From Candidatus Parcubacteria bacterium (GTDB lineage Bacteria; Patescibacteriota; Minisyncoccia; Sungbacterales; SURF-37): a stretch of DNA of 64,000 nt. The stretch is from the NCBI GenBank assembly GCA_003599755.1, contig QZJO01000001.1:5222-69221 (forward strand), in the 5' to 3' direction. Position numbers and translations under genes: made by a program. Shown one piece after another: positions 18,543-27,501 of this stretch (the stretch's first letter is position 1; each line of letters opens with the position of its first letter). The notes under the pieces were generated by a model. It searched no databases. It saw only the letters and a program-made list of their open reading frames with translations, and was not told the DNA's origin.

Positions 18543-18992
18543 ATGGCCAAGCGCAAAGAAGGGATGACGGGCCAATCGGAACGGTCGCATGGGAAAGATG
18601 CGGAACGCGCGATTCTGGTGGTCGAGGATGATTCACTGCTTGCCGATCTCCTCGAGCGGAAGCTCAAGCAGGAAGGATTCGTGTGCCATGTCGCCGTAAA
18701 TACTCGCGAGGCGGCGCAAATCCTCGGCACCGAGCGCATCGATTTGATTCTTCTGGATCTCGTGCTGCCCGGCGTGGACGGCATTTCATACCTGAAGAAA
18801 TTGAAAGCGGATTCGGCGCATCGGGACATTCCGGTCATTATCATTTCGAATCTTTTGCAAGAAGAAGAGATCAGGCGCGGCAAGGCGGCCGGCGCGGTGG
18901 ATTACATCACCAAGGCTTCAACGACGCCGCAGGGAATCGTCCGCCGCGTGCGTTCATTCTTCAAAAAGCAGCATACCCGGCGCGCGGCATAG
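18543..18992 (+). CDS. Single-domain response regulator (receiver)
   Basis: ILVVEDD, LLDLVLPGVDG, GAVDYITK. Start position uncertain. Confidence 0.88.
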   Translation: MAKRKEGMTGQSERSHGKDAERAILVVEDDSLLADLLERKLKQEGFVCHVAVNTREAAQILGTERIDLILLDLVLPGVDGISYLKKLKADSAHRDIPVIIISNLLQEEEIRRGKAAGAVDYITKASTTPQGIVRRVRSFFKKQHTRRAA

Positions 18993-19168
18993 CCACGGCT
19001 TGCCAAACGCATTCCGGGCGGCTATTATGCCCCTAGCCAGCCGCGTGTTGGCAAAAGGTCTTCTCAAGTTTTGCGAATACGTGCGAGTTTTACGGCCCGG
19101 CCCTTCGAGGGAGATGCTACGAATGCGTAGTATTTGATCGTAAAATACAATGTATTCGTAGCATCTCG

Positions 19169-19393
19169 ATGTATCAGCGTGATGGAAACTCCTTCGGAGG
19201 AGGCGGCGGTCCGCGCCAGATGTTTACCCCTCCGGATGGCGTTGCCTGGGCGTGCTCCCAGTGCGGAGCAGAGATCAAAGAGTTGCCGTTCCAGCCGCGA
19301 TCGGACGCGAACGGCGCTCCCACCTCTCCGCTTTACTGCCGTGAGTGCCATCGGTCGCGCATGCAGGACGCAGGTCCGCGCCGCCGGTTCTAG
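19169..19393 (+). CDS. Small Zn-ribbon protein (CxxC-x17-CxxC-like)
   Basis: CSQCGAEIKELPFQP...PLYCRECH. Gly-rich N-terminus. Has its own terminator. Confidence 0.8.
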   Translation: MYQRDGNSFGGGGGPRQMFTPPDGVAWACSQCGAEIKELPFQPRSDANGAPTSPLYCRECHRSRMQDAGPRRRF

Positions 19394-19401
19394 GCAGTAG
19401 C

Positions 19402-19445
19402 ACAAAAGCCCCCGAGCTCTCTCGAGCCCGGGGCTTTTGTATTTC
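19402..19445 (+). terminator. Intrinsic terminator
   Basis: CAAAAGCCCC...GGGGCTTTTG hairpin. Confidence 0.75.
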
Positions 19446-19474
19446 ATCCGGCAGCGCGTATACAATGAAACCCC

Positions 19475-20719
19475 ATGGAGAAATTTGATTATCTGGTGGC
19501 CGGCGGGGGCGTGGCCGGCGTCTCGGCCGCCGAAGAGATTCGTAAGCAAGATCCCGCCGCTCGCATCGCACTTGTAAGCGGGGAGCAGCAGCCGCTGTAC
19601 TCGCGTGTCCTTTTGCCGCATTACGTCAAAGGTCTCGTGCGGCGCGACGCGGTGTTCTTGCGTACCGTTGAACGGTACGCCGCTGCCGGTATTACGGTTT
19701 TGGCCGGCGACTGGGCCGTTCGCCTCGACGCGGCAGGCCGTACGCTGCATCTCAAATCGGGTGCCGCCCTTGTCTTTGAAAAATTCGTGATCGCGACTGG
19801 CGGCACGCCGCTGCCCCTCATGATCCCCGGCGCCCAAGCCGAGGGGGTATCCCGATTCCAGACGATCCAAGACGCCGATGCGATGGTCGCGCGCCTGCCG
19901 ACGGTCAAGCGAGCGGCAGTAGTCGGGTCCAGCTTCATCGCACTCGAGTATTTGGCCATTCTTTGTAAATTCGGCATTCCCGCGGCGCTTGTGGTTCGCG
20001 GGCCGCATGTGTTCAATGGGTTCCTTGATCCGGACGGCGCGGCATTTCTGGAAGCGCACTTCCGGAAGCAGGGCGTGGGTCCGATCGTCCGCAATGACCG
20101 CCTCGTGGCGATCGAGAGCCACGCTGGTGCGGTGCGCGCCATCCGCACCGAGCGGGGAGAGCGAATCGAAGCCGATTTTGTGGGCGTGGGTATCGGCCTG
20201 GGACGCGATACGGCCTGGCTTTTGGATTCGGGCGTGGCGATCGGCACGGCGGGCGTGCGGGCAGACGCGTATTTGGAAACGAATGTACCGGGCGTATTCG
20301 CTGCCGGTGACGCGGCCGAACTCGTTGATCCGCTGACCGGCCGATCCCGCGCGTTCGGCAATTGGTCCCATGCGACGCTGTCGGGAAAGCTCGCGGGGCA
20401 TAACGCCGCGCGACCGGACCAGAAGTCGGCCTACGACCACATATCCGTCTACTCCATTCAGCACTTCGGCTATTCGATCGCGGTCTTGGGCGATACCGGG
20501 GCACCCGGCGGGGCGGCGATTGCCGCGCTTGATCGGGATACCGAACGCTATGGACGATTTTTCCTCCACGAAGGGCGGCTGGTCGGCGCGGTGCTGATCA
20601 ATCGCAACAAGGATCAGGCAGCGCTCGTGGCGTTGATGAAAAGCCGCCAGCCGATCGCAAACGCCGAGGAATTCTTGGCCCGTCCGAACGCGGACCTGGC
20701 CGCACTCGCCGCCGCGTAA
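19475..20719 (+). CDS. FAD/NAD(P)-dependent oxidoreductase (ferredoxin/rubredoxin reductase-like)
   Basis: GGGVAG, IATGG, VGSSFIALE, VFAAGD. Confidence 0.88.
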   Translation: MEKFDYLVAGGGVAGVSAAEEIRKQDPAARIALVSGEQQPLYSRVLLPHYVKGLVRRDAVFLRTVERYAAAGITVLAGDWAVRLDAAGRTLHLKSGAALVFEKFVIATGGTPLPLMIPGAQAEGVSRFQTIQDADAMVARLPTVKRAAVVGSSFIALEYLAILCKFGIPAALVVRGPHVFNGFLDPDGAAFLEAHFRKQGVGPIVRNDRLVAIESHAGAVRAIRTERGERIEADFVGVGIGLGRDTAWLLDSGVAIGTAGVRADAYLETNVPGVFAAGDAAELVDPLTGRSRAFGNWSHATLSGKLAGHNAARPDQKSAYDHISVYSIQHFGYSIAVLGDTGAPGGAAIAALDRDTERYGRFFLHEGRLVGAVLINRNKDQAALVALMKSRQPIANAEEFLARPNADLAALAAA

Positions 20720-20758
20720 CAGTTGCCCGCCGGGGTTTTCGGTGCTACACTACGGCTC

Positions 20759-21469
20759 ATGTCTGACACCGATCCCCAGTCGCACGAGGCCGAAGCGAAG
20801 CCGAATCTCCTGATACCCGGAGCCATCGTGGCCGCCGGTCTCGTCGTGGCCGGCGCGATCGTGTATTCGGGCGGACTGCCGACCGGCGGGCTCACCGCGA
20901 CGCCGACGCCGCCAAGCGCACCGCCTGCTGCCGTGGATATGGCAGCGCTCGTGGATGATGATCCGATGCTCGGCGATCCCAATGCGCCGGTGACGATCGT
21001 CGAATTCAGCGATTTCGAGTGCCCCTTTTGCAATCGATTCTGGCTGACCACGCTGCCGCTCTTGCGCGCGACATACATTGAAACGGGCAAGGCGCGTCTC
21101 GTGTACCGCGATTTTCCCTTGTCCAATATCCACGCCAATGCGGCCCCGGCTGCCGAGGCGGCCCAATGCGCGCACGAACAGGGTAAATTCTGGGAATTCC
21201 ATGACCGGCTGTTCGAAAACCAGGCAGCACTTGGCCCGGCAACGTACCGCGAGACCGCGGCAGCCCTGGGGCTCAATACCGCCCAATTCGATCAATGTGT
21301 GAGCTCGGGTAAATATCGGGCTGAAGTTCAGAACGATTTCGAGGCGGGCCGCGCCGCAGGCGTATCGGGTACGCCGACGTTTTACATCAACGGCATCGAA
21401 ATCGTCGGCGCGCTGCCGTATTCGGAGTTTGAACAGGCGATCGAGGCCGCGTTGGCGAACGCGCGCTGA
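20759..21469 (+). CDS. DsbA/BdbD-family thiol-disulfide oxidoreductase
   Basis: TM anchor, EFSDFECPFC, GVSGTPTF. Confidence 0.92.
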   Translation: MSDTDPQSHEAEAKPNLLIPGAIVAAGLVVAGAIVYSGGLPTGGLTATPTPPSAPPAAVDMAALVDDDPMLGDPNAPVTIVEFSDFECPFCNRFWLTTLPLLRATYIETGKARLVYRDFPLSNIHANAAPAAEAAQCAHEQGKFWEFHDRLFENQAALGPATYRETAAALGLNTAQFDQCVSSGKYRAEVQNDFEAGRAAGVSGTPTFYINGIEIVGALPYSEFEQAIEAALANAR

Positions 21470-21585
21470 TTACGGCTGCGTACATTTGACAGCTTTGCTA
21501 TACTGAACATGAGGAACATCTCGGGAGCGTTCCTCGAACGATTATTCAACGCTTTCTTACCTTCATTTCATTCCTATTCACTTCT

Positions 21586-21819
21586 ATGTCCGTCAAAATC
21601 TACACCACTCCGTCCTGCGTGTACTGCAAAATGGCCAAGGCCTTTTTTGCCGAACACCAGGTGCAATACGAGGAGCTCGACGTCGCCCGCGACGTCAAAG
21701 CCCGCGAAGAGATGATTCAAAAGAGCGGCCAGTTCGGCGTGCCGGTCATTGAAATCAACGGCGAACTCGTTGTCGGATTCGATCAGGCGCGGTTTCGGCA
21801 GCTATTGGGCATCAAATAG
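21586..21819 (+). CDS. Glutaredoxin-like (NrdH/YruB) protein
   Basis: CVYC active site, GVPVI, VGFD. Confidence 0.92.
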   Translation: MSVKIYTTPSCVYCKMAKAFFAEHQVQYEELDVARDVKAREEMIQKSGQFGVPVIEINGELVVGFDQARFRQLLGIK

Positions 21820-21834
21820 TTTCGGTTTCAGCCC

Positions 21835-22476
21835 ATGGATCCCGTCCCGTCGTCTGCGGCTGTCGAGCAGAGCGAGCGCATTGCCCGTGCCGTGCGCAAA
21901 AAACGCTTGCGGCTATTCGGCACGATCACGCTCGCGCTTGCTCTTTTGGCGTTCGGCGCATGGGCGCTCGTACGCTTCGGTTCGGGGCCGGCGGGCGATC
22001 CGCCGACAGGGACCGAAACGCATGCCGATCAGGGCGGGGACCACGTGCCGTTCAACACGCCGTTTTCGTACAATTCCAACCCGCCGACGTCCGGCCCGCA
22101 CTACCGCGACCCGGCAAACTGGGGCATCTACGACTACGAAGTGCACGACCAGATCTTCATCCATAACATGGAGCACGGCGGCGTATGGTTCAGCTATCGG
22201 CCGAGCGCGGGGATCGGCGTTGTCCAGGATCTGGAAGCGCTCGTGCGGGAACTCGGCGGCGCGAAAATCATCATGTCACCGCGCAGCGCCAATGACGCCG
22301 ACGTCGCCCTTGCCGCGTGGAATCGCACGCTGAAATTTCCTGTCGTGGGCGAGCGCTTGACCGAGGCCGAGAAAGAAGCGGTGCGGGCGTTTTACCGGGC
22401 GCTGAAAAACAGTGGACCGGAAGGACGGCTGATTCCGGATTCTATGCCGGGCATTGATCCCAAATCAGTGCAGTAG
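21835..22476 (+). CDS. DUF3105-like membrane-anchored protein
   Basis: YNSNPPTSGPHY, HNMEHGGVW, VALAAW. Confidence 0.8.
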   Translation: MDPVPSSAAVEQSERIARAVRKKRLRLFGTITLALALLAFGAWALVRFGSGPAGDPPTGTETHADQGGDHVPFNTPFSYNSNPPTSGPHYRDPANWGIYDYEVHDQIFIHNMEHGGVWFSYRPSAGIGVVQDLEALVRELGGAKIIMSPRSANDADVALAAWNRTLKFPVVGERLTEAEKEAVRAFYRALKNSGPEGRLIPDSMPGIDPKSVQ

Positions 22477-22560
22477 TCATCCGTCGCTGAGTCGCGTAGT
22501 CGCTACGGCATTGGGCTGATTGCGCACTGAATGACTCAATGACGTCATGACATAACGACA
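22474..22560. repeat. Inverted array of degenerate 8-bp tandem repeats
   Basis: GTC at 22476/22483/22491/22499 and GAC at 22533/22541/22549/22557. Confidence 0.45.
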
Positions 22561-22565
22561 ACCGT

Positions 22566-23543
22566 ATGTATGATCTGATCATCATTGGCGGCGGGCCGGC
22601 GGCCGTTGCGGCCGGCGTCTACGCCGCGCGCAAAAAACTTAAGACCCTCGTGGTCACCGAATCGTTCGGCGGCCAGTCTATGGTTTCGAATTCGATCGAG
22701 AACTGGATCGGCACCAAAACCATCAGCGGCTTTGATTTTGCCGAAGCGCTGGAGGGTCATTTGCGGGCACAGGCGTCTATTGAGATCAAGATGCCCGAGA
22801 AGGTGATCGCGGTGCGCGAAATCCCGTGCGTGGACGGCAAGCATGCGTGCGATTTTGAGATAGAAACCGATCAAGGCAACCGCTATCAGGCCAAGGCAGT
22901 CATCGTGACATCGGGTTCCCGCCGGCGGCGTCTCGGGGTGCCGGGCGAAGATAAATTCGAGGGCAAGGGCGTGGCTTATTGTTCAACCTGCGATGCGCCG
23001 ATTTTTGCGGACAAGCGTGTGGCTGTCGTAGGCGGCGGCAATGCCGGCCTCGAAGCGGTCGTGGACCTGTTTCCATACGCATCGGAGATTTATTTGATCC
23101 ACCGCGGCGATCAGCTCAAAGGCGATGCGGTAACGCAAGAAGAAATCCGAAAAAATCCAAAGGTGAAAATTATCCTGAATGCCCAAACCCAGGAAATTGT
23201 GGGCGACAAATTCGTCACCGGCCTGCGGTATCAGGATGCAAAAACCGAGGAGATCAAGGAACTCGCCGTGGATGGCGTATTCGTGGAGATCGGCGCGGTG
23301 CCGAATTCGGAAATGGTCAAAGGCGTAGTCCAACTCAATCCGTTCGGCGAAGTGATCATTGACCACCGCACCGCAGCCACGTCCAAGCCGGGCATCTTTG
23401 CTGCGGGCGACGTGACCGACGAACTGTACAAGCAAAACAATATCTCGGCAGGTCACGGCATTACGGCAGCGCTTTCGGCCTACAACTACCTGCTCGGCAT
23501 CAAAAAGCAGAGTCCGACCGCCGAAAAGGTTGCAGCGGCATAA
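22566..23543 (+). CDS. trxB: Thioredoxin reductase
   Basis: GGGPA, CSTCD, GGGNAG, FAAGD. Confidence 0.92.
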   Translation: MYDLIIIGGGPAAVAAGVYAARKKLKTLVVTESFGGQSMVSNSIENWIGTKTISGFDFAEALEGHLRAQASIEIKMPEKVIAVREIPCVDGKHACDFEIETDQGNRYQAKAVIVTSGSRRRRLGVPGEDKFEGKGVAYCSTCDAPIFADKRVAVVGGGNAGLEAVVDLFPYASEIYLIHRGDQLKGDAVTQEEIRKNPKVKIILNAQTQEIVGDKFVTGLRYQDAKTEEIKELAVDGVFVEIGAVPNSEMVKGVVQLNPFGEVIIDHRTAATSKPGIFAAGDVTDELYKQNNISAGHGITAALSAYNYLLGIKKQSPTAEKVAAA

Positions 23544-23569
23544 TTCCAAACCGCAATCCCTAAAGCCGC

Positions 23570-24808
23570 ATGGCGACCTTTTTGGAGAATACCAAGATCA
23601 ACGTCGAACAGGCGGCGTTGGCGTTGGCATTGGGCGCGGACGTACGCGCGTTGCTTGAGAAACCGAAAAACGTTTTGGCATTCGAGTTGCCGCTGCCGCT
23701 TTCGAGCGGCGAGACCCGAATTTTTTCCGCCTGGAGGGTGCAGCACTCGGACGTGCTCGGTCCGGGTAAAGGCGGCATTCGCTATCATCCGGCTTCCAAT
23801 CTCGATGAGGTCTCGGCGCTCGCTTCGCTCATGACCTGGAAAACGTCGCTGGCTGGCCTGCCCTACGGCGGAGCCAAGGGCGCGATCACGGTGGATGCCA
23901 AAGAGCTCGCGCCCAAGGATTTGGAGGCAGTAAGCCGAAGCTATGTCCGGCGCATCACCGAATATATCGGGCCATACCGCGACGTACCCGCACCCGACGT
24001 GGGCACTAATGCCCAGACCATGGCCTGGATGGCAGATGAATACGCGAAGCTGACCGGCGCCTGGGAACCGGCCGCGTTCACGGGCAAACCGGTCGAGATC
24101 GGCGGGTCGCACGGCCGCGAGGAAGCTACGGGCTTCGGCGGCGCGGTACTGTTGCGCGAGGCGCTCGCGGCAATTGGCAAAAAGAGAAAACTACGCATCG
24201 CGATCCAAGGCACGGGTAATGTCGGCGGCATCATTGCCGAGGAGCTGGCAAAGGCCGGACATACGATCATCGGCATGGGGGATTCGAAAGGAGCCATCCT
24301 TGATCCGGACGGACTCGACGTTCAAAAAATTCTTGCAGCAAAGGAAGCAAGCGGAAAGCCGTTGGCGGAATTGCCGGGCGGACACGCGGCGATATCGAGC
24401 GCCGAGTTATTGGAGGCGGATGTCGACGTGCTGATTCCCGCCGCGCTCGAGAGCGTCATTACGGCCGAGAATGCGCCTCACATCAAGGCATCGGTCATTT
24501 TGGAGATGGCTAACGGACCGGTCACGGCCGAAGCCGACGCGCTGCTGAAGGGCCGCGGTATCGAGATCATTCCCGATATCCTCGCCAACAGCGGCGGCGT
24601 GGTGGGCTCGTATTGGGAATGGGTGCAGAATTTACAGCGCATCTCCTGGGAAAAAGAGGAGGTGCTCAAGCGTATCGAGGAAGTGCTCGTCCGGGCGTTT
24701 CGTGCCGTGGCGGCCGAAAAAGCCAACGGCGGCTCGTGGCGCGAGGCGGCCTATCGCCGGGCGGTCGGCCGGGTGACGAGGGCGATGACGCTCCGGGGGT
24801 GGATATAG
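23570..24808 (+). CDS. gdhA: Glutamate dehydrogenase (Glu/Leu/Phe/Val family)
   Basis: GPGKGGIRYH, GGAKG, DVPAPD, ANSGGV. Confidence 0.9.
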   Translation: MATFLENTKINVEQAALALALGADVRALLEKPKNVLAFELPLPLSSGETRIFSAWRVQHSDVLGPGKGGIRYHPASNLDEVSALASLMTWKTSLAGLPYGGAKGAITVDAKELAPKDLEAVSRSYVRRITEYIGPYRDVPAPDVGTNAQTMAWMADEYAKLTGAWEPAAFTGKPVEIGGSHGREEATGFGGAVLLREALAAIGKKRKLRIAIQGTGNVGGIIAEELAKAGHTIIGMGDSKGAILDPDGLDVQKILAAKEASGKPLAELPGGHAAISSAELLEADVDVLIPAALESVITAENAPHIKASVILEMANGPVTAEADALLKGRGIEIIPDILANSGGVVGSYWEWVQNLQRISWEKEEVLKRIEEVLVRAFRAVAAEKANGGSWREAAYRRAVGRVTRAMTLRGWI

Positions 24809-24836
24809 GCGCTTGTTTCCGGGTATCCTAGAACTA

Positions 24837-25886
24837 ATGGCTACCAAGATTGCAATCAATGGATTTGGAAGAATCGGACGCTCGTTTTTTCGCGCGGCCT
24901 ATGGCTTGCCTGCCTCGCCCGCAGGCGGGTCCGCCTCGCCGACAGGCGGGCCGGAATTCGATATCGTGGCGGTCAACGATCTGACCGATACCAAAACCCT
25001 TGCCTATCTTTTGAAATACGATTCGGTTTACGGTCGTTATCCGCGCGAGGTCAGCTCAACCGAGCATGCCATAACCGTGGATGGAAATGAGGTGAGGGTG
25101 CTTGCTGAAAAGGATCCGGCAAATCTGCCGTGGAAGGACCTAGGCGTGGATATTGTTGTGGAATCAACGGGATTCTTCACGGATGCCGCAAAGGCCAAGG
25201 CGCATCTGGATGCTGGCGCCCAGCGCGTGGTTATTACCGCGCCGGCCAAGGGTGATGTCATGACCGCACTCGTCGGCGTGAACGATGATCTGTTCGCCAA
25301 TGCGGCTATGATTACGGCCAATGCATCGTGCACCACGAATTCGGTCGCGCCGGTTATGAAAATTCTCCAGGAATCGCTCGGCATCAAGCGCGCCACCATG
25401 AGCACGGTGCACTCGTATACGGCAACGCAGAAGCTCGTGGATGGCCCGGATGCGAAAGATCTGCGCAGAGGCCGCGCGGCCGCAGCCAATATCGTGCCTT
25501 CGACCACGGGCGCGGCCGAAGCCGTGATTCAAGCCATTCCCGAACTTGCTGGCAAATTCGACGCGGTCGCGATCCGCGTGCCGACTATCAGCGGATCGCT
25601 CTCCATTATCTCGGCGCTCGTCGAAAAGCCGACCGACAGGGAATCGGTTAATGCCATATTTGAAAAAGCCGCGGCAGATCCGCGTTGGTCCAAAAGCGTG
25701 AAGGTGACGCGTGACGAAGTGGTGTCGACCGATATCATCGGCGAGCCCTATGGCGCGATCATTGACGCATCGCTCACTAAAGTGATGGGCGGTGACTTGG
25801 TACAGGTGTTTTCGTGGTATGACAACGAGGCCGGTTATACCGCGACGCTCGTGGAGCACGTGCGCCGCGTGGCGCAGTTGGGTTGA
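24837..25886 (+). CDS. gap: Type I glyceraldehyde-3-phosphate dehydrogenase
   Basis: INGFGRIGR, ASCTTN, WYDNE. Confidence 0.96.
   Translation: MATKIAINGFGRIGRSFFRAAYGLPASPAGGSASPTGGPEFDIVAVNDLTDTKTLAYLLKYDSVYGRYPREVSSTEHAITVDGNEVRVLAEKDPANLPWKDLGVDIVVESTGFFTDAAKAKAHLDAGAQRVVITAPAKGDVMTALVGVNDDLFANAAMITANASCTTNSVAPVMKILQESLGIKRATMSTVHSYTATQKLVDGPDAKDLRRGRAAAANIVPSTTGAAEAVIQAIPELAGKFDAVAIRVPTISGSLSIISALVEKPTDRESVNAIFEKAAADPRWSKSVKVTRDEVVSTDIIGEPYGAIIDASLTKVMGGDLVQVFSWYDNEAGYTATLVEHVRRVAQLG
24909..24950. repeat. Two tandem 21-bp hairpin repeats inserted in frame in gap
   Basis: CCTGCCTCGCCCGCAGGCGGG and TCCGCCTCGCCGACAGGCGGG, encoding PASPAGG-SASPTGG. Confidence 0.8.
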
Positions 25887-25920
25887 CGAGACGGTAAAAT
25901 CCGAATATTCTGTAGAACAA

Positions 25921-26139
25921 CAGCGTCGAACGGGGAACCGTCCCGTTCGCCCTCTCTCTGGGGAGAGGGGCACGCTGCCCGCGATCCCGCATACTGCGGG
26001 CGAAGCGGCGCCGGAGAGCCCTCCGTTATGGGATAATGAGGCGTCCGCACAAGGCGGCCGCAAAGGCAAGGTGGTACCACGAGTGACCTCGTCCTTGCTA
26101 AAAACCGTTTTGGTTTTTGGCAAAGATGAGGTTTCTTTA
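25921..26139 (+). promoter_or_regulatory. T-box riboswitch (Pro) leader of proS
   Basis: T-box AAGGTGGTACCACG (26068-26081) in antiterminator GCAAGG/CCTTGC. Overlapping terminator 26087-26138. CCGTTA stem IIA/B motif. Candidate CCG specifier at 25938-25940. Confidence 0.85.
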
Positions 26140-26170
26140 ATTTCTGAATTCATAATTTTGAATTATTCAT

Positions 26171-27427
26171 ATGCGTCAATCGGAACTCTTCGGCAAAACG
26201 CTTCGGGAAGATCCCAAGGATGAAGTCGCCATCAACGCGCGTCTGTTATTGCGCGGCGGGTTTGTCTATAAAACCATGGCCGGCGCGTACGATTATTTGC
26301 CGCTCGGCCTCCGCGTGCTCGAAAACATCAATCGAGTGATCCGTGAAGAGATGAACGCGATCGGCGGGCAGGAGCTTTTGCTCACCGCGATCCAGCCCAA
26401 AGAGCGCTGGATGAGATCGAACCGCTGGGACACGCTTGCCGAGATCATGTACCAGTTCAAGGATCATTCCGGCCGAGACGTGGGCCTCGCGGCCACGCAC
26501 GAGGAGGCGATAGCCGAGATCGCCACTCAAACGATTCTTTCCTACAAAGATCTGCCGCTTGCCGTATACCAAATCCAGGCCAAGTACCGCGACGAACCGC
26601 GCGCCAAATCCGGCCTCATCCGCGGCCGCGAATTCTTGATGAAGGATTTGTATAGTTTCCACCGCACCGAGGAGGACCTGGACCGGTTTTATACGCAGGC
26701 GGACCAGGCCTACCGAAAAATCTTTACACGCCTAGGACTCGAATTTTTCGTGACCGAAGCATCGGGCGGCACGTTTACGAAACAATTCACCCACGAGTAT
26801 CAGGTGCTGTCGGAGGCGGGCGAGGATCATACGATCCATTGCCCGCAATGCCGCTATGCGCAGAACCAGGAAATCACGACTATGCGCATCGGTACCAAAT
26901 GCCCTCAGTGCGGCAAAGGAACGATCGCTGCGGCCAAATCCATCGAGATCGGAAACATTTTCAAACTCGGCACAAAATTTTCCCAGGCCTTCGGCCTCCG
27001 CTATGCGGATGAACGCGGTGAGCCGCAATTCGTTGTTATGGGTTCATACGGCATCGGGCCGGGCCGGCTCATGGGCACGCTCGTCGAGCTCTCACATGAC
27101 GAGCGGGGCATTATTTGGCCTGAAGCCGCGGCCCCGTTTCGGGTGCACCTCGTCGAGGTCAAAAGCGCTTTGCCGAAGGTCCGTATGGAAGCGGAAAAAC
27201 TGTATAAAACGCTCCTTGCCAAGGGCGTCGCGGTGCTTTACGATGACCGGGACGAACGAGCCGCCGGCGAGAAATTCGCCGATGCCGATCTGATCGGAAT
27301 TCCATGGCGCGTCGTCGTATCCGAACGTTCCTTGGCGAAAAAAGGATTCGAGGTGAAGCGGCGGACCGAAGCCCAAGGAACGGTGATGGGCGCGGATCGC
27401 TTTCTGAAACTACTCAAAGGGAAATAA
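26171..27427 (+). CDS. proS: Prolyl-tRNA synthetase (short form, no INS editing domain)
   Basis: MRQSELF, YRDEPRAKSGLIRGREFLMKD, MGSYGIG, GEKFADADLIG. Confidence 0.95.
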   Translation: MRQSELFGKTLREDPKDEVAINARLLLRGGFVYKTMAGAYDYLPLGLRVLENINRVIREEMNAIGGQELLLTAIQPKERWMRSNRWDTLAEIMYQFKDHSGRDVGLAATHEEAIAEIATQTILSYKDLPLAVYQIQAKYRDEPRAKSGLIRGREFLMKDLYSFHRTEEDLDRFYTQADQAYRKIFTRLGLEFFVTEASGGTFTKQFTHEYQVLSEAGEDHTIHCPQCRYAQNQEITTMRIGTKCPQCGKGTIAAAKSIEIGNIFKLGTKFSQAFGLRYADERGEPQFVVMGSYGIGPGRLMGTLVELSHDERGIIWPEAAAPFRVHLVEVKSALPKVRMEAEKLYKTLLAKGVAVLYDDRDERAAGEKFADADLIGIPWRVVVSERSLAKKGFEVKRRTEAQGTVMGADRFLKLLKGK

Positions 27428-27501
27428 CACTGCCGAGCGCTTCTCGATCGCTCGGTTTCATCATCTCGGTGCCGCGCTGCAGGATGCGTGCGCGACTTTG
27501 T

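Noticed and set aside
21487-21504. TTGACA/TATACT promoter before the glutaredoxin gene
   Set aside because: The spacer is only about 7 bp, so the two boxes cannot form one sigma70 promoter.
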